This document shows, piece by piece, positions 52,865 to 64,000 of a DNA stretch of 64,000 bases. Source of the stretch: Chiloscyllium plagiosum. Its lineage: Eukaryota. The notes beneath the pieces are model-generated. The model was given only the letters and a program-made list of their open reading frames with translations. It made no database searches and was not told where the DNA came from. The stretch lies in contig NC_057746.1 of assembly GCF_004010195.1 (NCBI RefSeq), positions 17,603,327 through 17,667,326 of the forward strand, read 5' to 3'. The position numbers and the translations under genes were made by a program. Positions within the stretch are counted from its first letter, which is position 1; the number at the start of each line of letters is the position of its first letter.

Positions 52865-54735
52865 AAAGGAAGTAGGAGTACACAGAAGAAGGAAATCAGG
52901 AGAGCAAACAGGGGACATGAGATAGCTTTGGAAAATAGGGTTAAGGAGAATTCAAAGAGATTTTGTAAATACATTAAGGCCAAAAGGGTAACGAGGGAGA
53001 TAATAGGGCCCCTCAAAGATCAGCAAAGCAGCCTTTGTGTGGAACTGCAGGAGATGGGGAAGATACTAAATGAGTATTTTGCATCAGTATTTAGAAGGGC
53101 ATGGAAATATAGAATGTGGGGAAAGATGGTGACATCTTGAAAATTGTCCAGATTACTGAGGAGGAGGTTCTGGATGTCTTAAAACACATAAAGGTGGATA
53201 AACCCCCTGGACCCGATCAGGTGTACCCTAGAACTCTGCCAAAAGTTAGGGTGCCTTGCTGAGATGTTTGTATCATTGATAGTCACAGGTAAGCTGCCAG
53301 AAGACTAGATGTTGGCTAATGTGGTGCCACTATTTAAGAAAAATGGTAAGGAAAAGCCAGGGAACAATAGACCAGTGAGCCTGACATTGATGGTGGGCAA
53401 GTTGTTGGAGGGAATCTTGAGGGACCGGAATTACATGTATTTGGAACAGCAAGTAGTGATTTGGGATAATTAACATGGCTTTGTATGTGGGAAATCGTGT
53501 TTTTTGAAGAAATAACAGAGGATTCATGAGGGCCGAGTGGTGGATGTGATCTACATGGACTTCAGTAAGGCATTCGATGAGGTTCCTCATGGAAGACAGG
53601 TTAGCAAGGTTAGATCTGATGGAGTACAAGACAAACTAGCCATTTGGATACAGAACTGGCTAGAGGGTGGAAGATAGAGGGTGGTGGTGGAGGTTTGACT
53701 TTCAGACTGGAGGCCTGTGACTAGTAGTGTGCCACAAAGATCGGTACTGGACTACTGCTTTTCATCATTTATATAAATGATTCGGATGTAAATATAGGAA
53801 GTATAGTTAGTACGTTTGCAGATGATACCAAAATTAGAGGTGCAGTGGACAGCAAAGAAGGTTGCCTAAGATTACAACTGAATCTTGATCAGATGGACCA
53901 ACGGGCTGAGGAGTGGCAGATGGAGTTTAGTTTAGATAAATGTGAGGTGCTACATTTTGGGAAGACAAGCCAGAGCAGGACTTATACATTTAATGGTAAC
54001 ATCCTGGGGAGTATCGTTGAATAAAGAGGCCTTGGAATGCAGGTTCATAGCTCCTTCAAAGTAGTCACAGGAAGATAGGTTAGTGAAGAAGGCATTTGGT
54101 ATGCCTTTCTTTATTGGTCAGAGCATTGGGTACATGAGTAGGGAGGTCATGTTGCGGCTGTACAGGAAATTGGTTAGGCCACATTTGGAGTATTGTGTGC
54201 AATTCTCGCTCATTTTGGAAAGATGTTATGAAACTTGAAAGGTTCAGAAAAGATTTACAAGGATGTGGCCTGGTTGGAGGATTGAGATACAGGGAGAGGC
54301 TGAATAGGCTGGGGCTGTTTTCTCTGGAGCATCGGAAGCTAAAGGGTGACCTTATAGAGGTCTACAAAATCATGAAGGGCATGGAAAGAGTAAATAGACA
54401 GGGTTATTTTTTTTTCCCTGGGGTGGGAGATTCCAAAACTAGAGGACATAGGTTAAAGGTGAGAGTGAAAAAATTTAACAGGGACCTAAGTGGCAACTTT
54501 TTCATGCAGAGGGTGGTGCATATATGGAATGAGCTGCCAGAGGACGTGGTAGAGACTGGTAAAGTTACAACAATTAAAACATATCTGGCTCACTATATGA
54601 CTAGCAAGGGTTTAGAGGGGTATGGGTCAAGTGCTGCAAAATGGAATTAGATTTACGACATCTGCCATGCACAGGTGAGCTGGCCTGAAGGGTCTGTTTC
54701 CGTACTGTATATCTCTATGACACTATGACTCTAGG
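52865..54735 (+). mobile_element. 5'-truncated CR1 LINE (ORF2, disrupted)
   Basis: ENSKRFCKYIKAKR, YMDFSKAFD, FADDTK and LKGDLIEVYKIMKG motifs; tatgacactatgactc tail. Confidence 0.92.
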
Positions 54736-55487
54736 GTCGTCTCTATATTGGCTATATATATGAAAAATACCATGCACTCCAAATTAGTATGTTTTCAAAG
54801 TAAATTTAATCTAAACTGCTGGAAACAAAATGAGTGATGTAACTGTCCTTTACTCTATTGTCCTTTCTCAAGGGAATATAATGGAATGGGCCTCAGCGCT
54901 GCACCAGATCTGAAGAGGATTCAGTAGACAGAGAATATCACATTTGGATTAACACATTTAGTGAGGTGCAGGAAAAGATTAGGGCAGATATCAGGAGGCC
55001 TTGATTAGTGCAGAGCATCACGTATTCAAAAACAAAATGGGTGGCATGATGCTGGAATCAATAAGAATTGATCAGTTTAAATACACTGCAGGAAGGTAAT
55101 GTGGTTAATATGTTAGAATGATAGGATCAAGTCGATACAGGTGAGAAACTCTCTGTCTCTGAACTCTGATGGGACCTAACAATGAAACGTCCTGCATTTT
55201 TATTTTCCTGTGACTTCTATTAATTGGAATGATAAGGGCACCAGATACATGGGAACACAACCATCAGCAAGTTCCCCTCCAAGCCACAAGCCATCATGAT
55301 TTGGAAATATATCACCACGTCTTTACTGTCTCTGAGTGAAAATGCTAGCGCTCCCTCCCTAACAGCACTGTGGGTCTCCCTGTACCACTTATTTTTTTCC
55401 CCAATGGCGCTTAGATGTTGCTTAGGAATCAATACATAGCTTTGAAAGGCCATTCTTTCATGATGACCAACTTGTCCTTAAAATGTC

Positions 55488-55670
55488 AAAAATCACAAAA
55501 TGATAGGTTGTAGTTCAACAGGTTTATTTTGAAAGCACAAGCTGACTCCCTGACGGAGGAACAGCACTCTGAAAGCTAGTTCTTCCAAATAAACCTGTTG
55601 GACGAGAACCTGGTGTTGTGTGATTTTTAACTTTTTCCACCCCAGTCCAACACTGGCATCTCCACATCAT
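55488..55670. mobile_element. Palindromic Penelope-derived element, same family as 26636-26845
   Basis: Inverted aacaggtttatt / aataaacctgtt arms and a shared ccccagtccaacactggcatctcc end. Confidence 0.68.
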
Positions 55671-56934
55671 CTTTAAAATGGACAGCAGCGACATCTTTTC
55701 CACCATAATTAGTGATGGGACACAAATACTGACCTTGGAAGTGACATCCACGATCCATGAGAAAGGTATGTCATTACCAATTTTTAAAGACTTGAACATT
55801 CCATATGTATCTTGATTTTTTACTTACATTAACACACAGCCTTGACCTTGTCAGAGCTGCCCACCCCTCAATTTGTATTTAAAATGTAAACTTTAAAAAG
55901 GCTAATTTGGATCCACTGTTTACCTGAGTTTAACCGGAGCAGAATGGAAGTAGATATTTGAATGAATCGAAAAACATCACATTGAAAGATTTTGAATTCT
56001 TGGGAATTTTACACTGTCAAAAGTAACAGGATGGTACTAGAGAGTATCAATAGATGTCAGAATATCAGAAGAGGTTGATCATTCAAGGCTGCAATGAAGA
56101 TAATTTTCTCACTTCATTTTATGTGAACATTCTCAATTCTACATGAGGGCTGGGTATGGATGAGGTCCCATTGAGAATGAGAGAGCGAGAATGGATAAGG
56201 GTCTTGTAGTGCAGTGGTGGTGTCCCTACATTTGAGCTGGGGGGGCAGGGTTCATGTCCCATCTGTTCCAGAAGTATGTAATGACATCTCTGAACAGGTT
56301 GCTTAATCGCTTTTCCCTACAATCAGTAGACGTGGAGGTACTAATCAAAGGATCTTGGGAATAAGATGAAGTGTAGTTTCTGTAAACATTTCTACATTGA
56401 TAAAATTGAATGTGGGGAAGACACAGAGGACGCATATGGTCAACTCAAAATGTTATTCTTGTTCTGGAAATGTTACACACGGAAAAGACCATTCAGCCCG
56501 TCGTGTCTTCACCATGAACAAGTCGCCTATTCCAATCCCACTTCCAGGATCTGCTGTGGAGCTGTAACAGATTACACCACATCCACAATCTTTTAAAGGG
56601 GTTGAGGGTCTGCTACAATCAAAAAACTGAGGCGGCGAATTTCAAGCACCCAACAACGATTTGAAACATGCTGAGTTTTCACGGAGACTCTATTTCTTAG
56701 GTTTTGTTTTTGTTGCCCAGAGGTGCTTATGTCCTGCATAGAATTTAACACATAGACTTGACAGACCATTCTTTCATGATGACCAATTAATCTTGAAGAT
56801 ATTTTGATATCAGCTCATTCCGAGAGGCTATTAACTTGAGCCCTGTCTCCCTGGTCCAGAGATAAGGGCGATACCACTGCCCCACAAGAACCCCACTCTT
56901 CAGATTTCAAACTTACTGTGTGCAGCATGCTCAC

Positions 56935-57273
56935 CTGTCACAATAAGTGTTGTTCCTTCTCCATAATATTCACTGTTTGAGACAAATTCCACTTTACAGT
57001 AATAGGTCGCCTGGTCGCTCAATGTCACCTTTGTTAGTTGAATCCAGGCGCCCATCTTTCCATCGATTTTCTGCCTGTCTGGCCCAATGACCCGGCCTCT
57101 GTATTGTGCTGAGCGGTTGCAAAGCTCGGTTCCTCCTTTACTGTCCCTGAACCACCTGAAGACACTTGGCCCATTAGACCCTTCATAAAAACAGTGCATA
57201 GCGGCTGTGTTCCCCTCGGTTATATTCATAGATGCCGGGCTTTGAAGAACTTTGGTGTTCGCAGCGCTCATTG
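56935..57273 (-). CDS. Activating NCR3-like receptor, TM-proximal VJ Ig exon
   Basis: AMHC, VFRWF, DQATYYC and YGEGTTLIV motifs; ttttacag| and G|GTGAGC; 339 nt; phase 1-1. Confidence 0.92.
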
Positions 57274-60200
57274 CTGTAAAAGAATAAACACTGTTAAAGT
57301 GAAATCTCTCTGTGTGGTTAGACATGTTCAAACTTCCACTCCTCAAGTTCCGCATTGAAACACCAACGTCACGATGTGAGCTCCCCAAATTCATTTGTTT
57401 GTTTTAAGACAGTAACAGCTTAAATAAGCAAATAGATCTCCTGCTCTAATATCTGTCAAGGATATGCCATGTTTTCAAAATTAGCTATTTAATATTTAAA
57501 TAAATTTGTTAGCTCGAAAATATACAAAACACATTATCACATGAGATTTAGAAGCAGATTTGGGCTATTCTGCCCATCTCGAAGCTACTCCACCATTTTA
57601 AGATGGCTGATGTGTTTCTCAACCCCATTCTCCTCCCTTCTACCCATAACCATTGATCCCCTTACTGATATAGAACTTACCTATCTCTGTCTTCACGGTG
57701 CTCAATGAATTGGCCACGAAAGTCTTCTGAGTTCCAGATTCACTATCCTGCAGCTGAAGAAATTCCTCCTCACTTCAATTCAACAGGACCATCCCTTCAC
57801 AGCGAGTCTGTGCCCTAGAGTCCTGGTCTCTACGACTCGTGAAAACAACTTCTCCACCTCAATTCAATCTATCAGCATTGTGTAAGTTTCAATCAGCACC
57901 CCCATTCATCCTTCTGAACTCCATGGACTCCAAACCCAGAGAGCTCAACGGCATACCATTTGACAAACCCTACATTCCAGGGATCATTCTTGTAAACATC
58001 CTCTGGACCCCATCCAAAGCGAATTTAAAATTAAAGTCGAGAATATGTAGCTTACATCCACATTCCGGAAGTAACGGACGAGTAGAAAAGCACTCTTCAA
58101 AATTGTCTCCACGTCTACTCTATTCAGGCCTATCAGTATTCTATTGGCTTCAATCAGATTCCTATCCACATCTCATCGTCCTTCTTAACTCTGTCAGTAC
58201 AGAGTCACCTGGACTGCTCCTCATATGACAAACCCTTCATCCTAAGGACCGTTCTGGTAAACGTCCTCTGGACCCCATCCAAAGGGAATTTGAAATTAAA
58301 ATCGGGTATATTCTGGAAATAACAGGCATGTTAAAAAAAACTCTACAAATTGAGAGGAAATGCACTATATTGATCGCTTCATGATAATGTCAATTGCAGC
58401 ATGCATTCAACAGAGAAAAAGTAGATGGTGAGACTCAAAGATAGAATTGATCTGAGTTTTTTTTTCTCAGTCTCTGGGTAAGCGACTGCTTTAAGTGTGT
58501 TGCAGCAACTTTCATTCATTTGTTGATTTTCTTTATATTGGTTATTTTGGCTTTTGTAAAGCGATTATAGTGTTTCCTCCGGACCTTTAACAGTATGTAA
58601 ACTAGGTGATATGTTAACTTTCTGTCACTGCTTAAAACAGGCGATATCAGATCTGGCACAGTTCCACAGCTTGACTTAATTCGTTGCCTTTCTGTTTTAA
58701 CAGGGGACATTGAGTTTGGCTGTAAAACAGATTCCATCCACTATCCTCCTGTATATATTATTGCCAGAAGACACATCTTCCTCACGAGGTTTAAGCGTAA
58801 CCCACTCCACTTTTGCCTGGAAAACACCGCAACGGTCTTCCCTGCTTACTGTTTGCTTGATGCTAGCACAATGAAGCACTGCAGTTCGTTATTTACGAAC
58901 ATCATGTAGTGGCGTGAATCAATTGAAAATGATATTCTTCTGCTGAAGTTTACAGATTATAGCAGCCCCAGACCAACCGACCACATTGCTGTTTCTCTTA
59001 AGGTTTGAACATTCCATATGAAGCTTGATTTCCTACTTCAATTAACACACAACGTTGACCTTGTCAGAGCTGGCCACCTCCCAATTCTTTTTTTAAATGT
59101 AGTCTTTAAAAAGGTTAATTTGAAAGCACTGTTAACCTGAGTTTAGGATTAGGAGATCCTGAGCAGATTGCAAGTCGACTTTGGAAGAATCAGAGGCAGT
59201 TACTTTGAAAGATTTTGAATTCTTTGAGATTTTACACTGTCAAAAGTCACAGGATGGTACTAGAGAGCATCTTTAGGCATCAGAATATCAGAAGGGGCTG
59301 ACCATTCAAGGCTTCAATTAAGACAATTTTCTCACTTCATTTGTGAATAGTCTCAATTCTACATGAGGGAACGGCTGTGGATGAGATCCAATTGAGAATG
59401 AGAGAGCTAGCATGCATAGAGGTCTTGTGGTGCAGTGATAGTGTCCCTACTTTTAAGCCAGGAGGCTTGGGTTCATTTCCTACCTGTTCCAGAAGTAGGT
59501 AATGACATCTCAGAACAAGTTGCTTAATTGCTTTTCTCTACAATCCATGTAGATTGGAGGTATGGAGGCACTAATCAAAGGATCTGGGGCATAAGATGAA
59601 ATGTAGTTTCTGCAAACATTTCCACATTGATAAAATTGGGTGTGGGGAAGACATAGAGGAAGCATATGGTCACATTGAAATGTTATTCCTGTTTTTTACA
59701 GTTTTTTTTACAGATTATGTTACAGTGTGGAAACAGGCCCTTCGCCCCAACAAGTCCACACCGACCCGCTGAAGCGCAACCCACCCATAGCCCTATATTT
59801 ACCCCTTACCTAACACTACTTACAGATTACGTTACAGATTTTGATTGAACTCTGGAAATGTTACACACAGAAAAGGCCATTCAGCCCATTGTGTCTTCAC
59901 CATGAACAAACCTCCTATTCCAATCCCAGTTTCCAGGACCTGCTCTGGAGCTGTACTGATTCCACCACATCTACAATCTTTTTATAGGGGTTGAGGGTCT
60001 GCTACAATCAACAAACTGGGGTGGCAAATTCTAAGCACCCAACAACGATTTGAAACAATTTGAACTGTCATGGCGACCCTTGTTCTTAGTTTTTTGTTAT
60101 ATGCTGCATATAATTCAACATATAGACATAAGAGGCCATTCTTTTATGATGACCAATTCATCTTTATTTTGATGCCAACTCATTCAGAGAGGCTATTAAC

Positions 60201-60299
60201 TTGAGCCCTGTCATCTTCGCCGGGAGGTAGGGACCATACTACTGCCCCACAAGAACCCCACTATTCACCTTTCAAACTTACAGCGTGCAGCATGCTCAC

Positions 60300-60638
60300 C
60301 TTTCACAATGAGTGTTGTTCCTTGTCCATAATATTCACTGTTTGAGACAAATTCCACTTTACAATAATAAGTCGCCTGATCGTTCATTGTCACCTTTGTT
60401 AGTTGAATCCAGGCGCCCGTCATTCCCTCGATTTTCTCCCTGTCTGGCCCAATGACCCGGCCTCTGTATTGTGCTGTGCTGTTGCAAAGTTCGGTTCCTC
60501 CTTTCCTGTCCCTGAACCACCTGAAGACACTCGGTTCATTGGATCCTTTGTACATACAGTGCATAGCGGCTGTGCTCCCCTCGGTTACATTCATAAATGC
60601 CGGGCTTTGAAGAACTTTGATGTTCCCAGTACTCATTG
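60300..60638 (-). CDS. Activating NCR3-like receptor, distal VJ Ig exon (duplicate)
   Basis: AMHC, VFRWF, DQATYYC and YGQGTTLIV motifs; ttttacag| and G|GTGAGC; 339 nt; phase 1-1. Confidence 0.92.
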
Positions 60639-62804
60639 CTGTAAAAGAGCAAACACTGTTAAAGTGAAGTCTCTCTGTGTGGTAAAGTATGTTCAAACAT
60701 CCACTCCTCAAGTTCCACATTGAAACACCAACATCATAATGTGAGCTCCCCAAATTGCTTTGTTCGTTTTAACAGACAGTAACAGCTTAAATAAGCAAAT
60801 AAATCTCCCGCTCTAATATCTGTCAAGGAAATGCCACGCTTTCAAAATTAGTTGCTTAATCTTTAAATAAACATGATATTTCATCACATGTTAAGACCGT
60901 GAGGTCGAAGATCAGATTCAGGCCATTCAGCCCATCCCTAAGCAACTCCATCATTCCATCATTCCTGATATGTTTCTCAACCCTATTCTCCTACCTTCTC
61001 CTTGTAACACTTGATTCCCTTACTAATAAAGAACCTACCTATCTCTATCTTGAAGACACTCAATGACTTGGCCACCAAAGCCCTTCTAAGTTCAATAGAT
61101 TCTTTCTGGCTGAAGAAATTCCTCCTTGTCGCCATTCTAAAGGGCCATCCCTTCACTAGAAAGTTGTGCCCTGGATTCTAGTCTCTCTCACTAGTGACAA
61201 CATCGCTTCCACTTCTATTCTCTCCAGGCATATCAGTATTAGTTTCAATAATAGCCACCCCCATCCATCAGTACAGAATCACCAATACTCCTCATATGGT
61301 AAACCCTCCATCCCAAGGATCATTCTTGTAAAGCCCCTCTGGCCTCCCTCCAAAAGGAGTTTGAAATTAAAGTCGGGAATATTCCAGAAATAACAGGCAT
61401 GTTTAAAAAAAAACACTTTTCAGCCCATCGTGTCTTTACCATGAACAAGCTGCCCATTCCAATCCCACTTTCCAGGAAACACGATAATCGATTTATCACA
61501 GAAAGGAATCCTAGCATCCCTACAGTGTGGAAACAGGCTATTTGGTCCAACAGGTTCACACCAACCCTATGAAGAGTAACGCATGCAGGCCCATTCCCCC
61601 AAGCCTATTATTCTCCAGAAGCAAAAATAACAAAAAAAAATCAACAAGTGAATGAGCTTTGATATGGCATATTAAAGGCAGTAGCTTATTTTTGGCAGAA
61701 TTGCATTATTTTGGTCATTCCATTTGTGTGCACTCAGCAGAACCAATGTAGGATATAAGACTGTATGATAGGATTAATCAGAGTTTCTTATTCCCGTCCC
61801 CTCGTTAAACTACTGCCTTAAATGTGCTGTAGCAAATCTCTTCATTTATTGTTTTTTTGTTGTTTAATACATTGTTCTGAGAGGTAAAACTGCAACATTT
61901 CAACTGAGAATTAGCTCGAGCAAACTTACTTTCTTTCCTTAAAGAAAGCTAAGATGTATTTTGTTTTGAAAAATAAAGTTTGTTTTAAAAATCTTGGCAG
62001 TAACAACCAAGCCAGAAGAGATCATCCAGTCAAGAGTGTGCCTGTATAGCTCATTTTGTATTGTGCACATGTACTGCATGTTTAATATAACCTCTATGGA
62101 GTGAGTCACGGTGTTATAGAATCATGAGGGATACCTTTCTCTTAAGATGTAACTTTCTCATTTGACCTACTATCTTGATTGAGGTGAATGTTCTTCCCCA
62201 GCTTGTTGTCAGTTAAATCTAACAGACCTTGGAAGCCGTGGAATTAGGAAGGGAAATGGGTCTTCTATCACTCATAATCGGGACACGTTATTGTGGATCC
62301 CACTAGTTAATGTTAACCTGGCTGGCTTGTGGAATCGCCTGTGCTGTGAAAAGAAAATACTAGTGGGCACTTGAGTAACAGAGCCAGATCCACACTTAAT
62401 GCAAGTGCAATGGCTGGTTCTTGTGGCACAGTGGTAGTATTCCCGCCTCTCAGCTGGGTTCGAGTCCCACCAACTCCAGAGATGTGTCAGAACATTTCTG
62501 AAGAGCTTGGCTTTTTAAAAAAAAATCCATGGTGGTTGGAATGTTGCTTAGTTGCACGATGGCACTTAGAAGGAATTGGTTTAACTCAGTTGGTTGAGTT
62601 GTTGGTTTACAGAGCTATGTGATGCCAATGGCATGGATTCAATTCCCATCACTGATTTGAGGTTACTGTGATGGAGTCTCCTTCGCAACCTTTTCCCTTG
62701 CCTGAGATCTGGTGACCATCAGGTTAAATCACCACCAGTTGCTTCTCTCAAAATGAGAGCAGCCACTATGGTCTGGTAAGAATATGGCAGCACAACAACA
62801 CTTT

Positions 62805-63490
62805 GAGTCATAGAGTTGTGCAGCATCAAAACCGAGCCTTTGGTCTGATTTGTCTGTGCTGACCAGATATTCTTAATTAATCCAGTCCCATTTGCCAGCA
62901 CTTGGCCCAGACCCTTCCTATTCATATATCCATCTCGATGCCTTTTAAATGCTGTATTTGTACCAGCCTACGCCACTTCTTCTCATTCCATACATGCAGG
63001 ACCCTCTGTGTGAAAACGTTGCTATTTAGGTCCCTTTTAAATCTTTCCCCTCTTACCCTAAGTCTACACCCTCTAGTTTTGGACTCTAGGCAAATACCTT
63101 GGCTATTCACCCTATCCATGCCCCTCATGATTTTATTAACTGTGAGGCAGATCGATCATCCGTCAGCCTCTGATGTTGCAGGGAAAACAGCCCCAGTCTA
63201 TTCAGCCTCTCTGCATAGCTCAAATCCTCCAACCTCAGCAACATCCCTGTGAATATTTTCTGAACCTATAGCAGAGAGACCAGAACTGAATGCAGTAGTC
63301 TAAAAGTAGCCTAATCAATACTCTGTATAGCATAAGATGACATACCAACTTCCAAATTCCATACACTGACCAATGCCTTCTTCACCAACTTGTCCACCTG
63401 TGACTCCACTTTCACATAACTATGAATCTTCACCCCAAGATCTCTTTGTTCGACCATCCTCCTCAGGACCTCACCATTAAGTGTATAAAT
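62805..63490 (-). mobile_element. CR1 LINE 3' region
   Basis: EQRDLGV and FTQRVLHVWNE motifs on the minus strand. Confidence 0.8.
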
Positions 63491-63554
63491 CATAGAGTTG
63501 TACAGCAAAGAAACAGACCCTTCACTTCAATTAGTCCATGCCGACCAGATATCA

Positions 63555-64000
63555 CAGAACATAGAATGTTACAGTGCTGAACAGGTCCTTCACCCCTCGA
63601 TATTGCACTGACTTGTGAAATTAATCTGATGCCCATCTAACCTACACCATTCCATTATCATCCATATGCATGTCCAATGCCCATTTAAATGCTGTTAATG
63701 TCGACGAGTCTACTACTGTTGCAGGCAGGCAGTTACATGCCCCGACTACTCTCTGAGTAAAGAAACTACCCCTACTATCGGTCCTAAATCTATCACCCCT
63801 CAGTTTAAAGCTATGTCCCCTCATGTTAGCCTTCACCATTCGAGGAAAAAGGCTCTTATTGTCCACCCTATCTAACCTTCTGATTATTTTATAAATCTCG
63901 ATTAAGCCACCTCTCAATCTTCCTCTCTCCAACGAAAACACCCTCAGTTTCCTCAGTCTTTCCTCATAAGACCTTCCTTCCATACCAAGCATTATCCTAG
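63555..64000 (-). mobile_element. CR1 LINE 3' end (continues beyond the window)
   Basis: SYEERLRKLRVFSLERGRLRG and RGHSFKLRGDRF motifs. Confidence 0.88.

Larger units (their letters stand above)
55793..61412. repeat. Tandem segmental duplication of a ~2.5-kb V-exon-containing unit (55793-58340 / 59005-61412)
   Basis: Colinear similarity from ttgaacattccatatg to aacaggcatgtt(t)aaaaaaaa in both copies. Confidence 0.9.

Noticed and set aside
58850-58905. ATG...CA|GTAAGC as leader exon for the proximal minus-strand V exon
   Set aside because: Ends in phase 2 (the V exon needs phase 1) and is a poor signal peptide
61412-64000. Leader exon for the activating receptor
   Set aside because: No ATG-initiated hydrophobic phase-1 exon found; it probably lies beyond the window

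Overview
Repeat-rich vertebrate genomic DNA, inferred to be from a cartilaginous fish (shark) from its CR1 LINE families, HE1-type SINEs, palindromic Penelope-derived elements and two-exon GPR139-like GPCR. Most short ORFs in the track are transposon debris. Manual splice reconstruction gives five real loci. (1) A two-exon GPR139/142-like class A GPCR on the minus strand (324 aa). (2) A complete 7-exon plus-strand gene for a single germline-joined VJ-type Ig receptor (NCR3/NKp30-like, 258 aa) with an uncharged TM and an ITIM-bearing tail, i.e. inhibitory type. (3) A convergent minus-strand NCR3-like gene with two tandemly duplicated intact V exons, an Arg-containing TM and a 12-aa last exon, i.e. 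activating type; its leader exon was not found in the window. (4) A decayed third V-domain pseudo-exon lying between those two genes. (5) A tRNA-Thr(UGU) gene. Together, 2-4 look like a paired activating/inhibitory Ig-receptor cluster under birth-and-death evolution. Penelope-derived palindromes carrying minimal hammerhead-ribozyme motifs closely bracket the V exon of the inhibitory gene. All gene models and family calls come from reading the sequence by eye, with no database or expression evidence; repeat boundaries are approximate.
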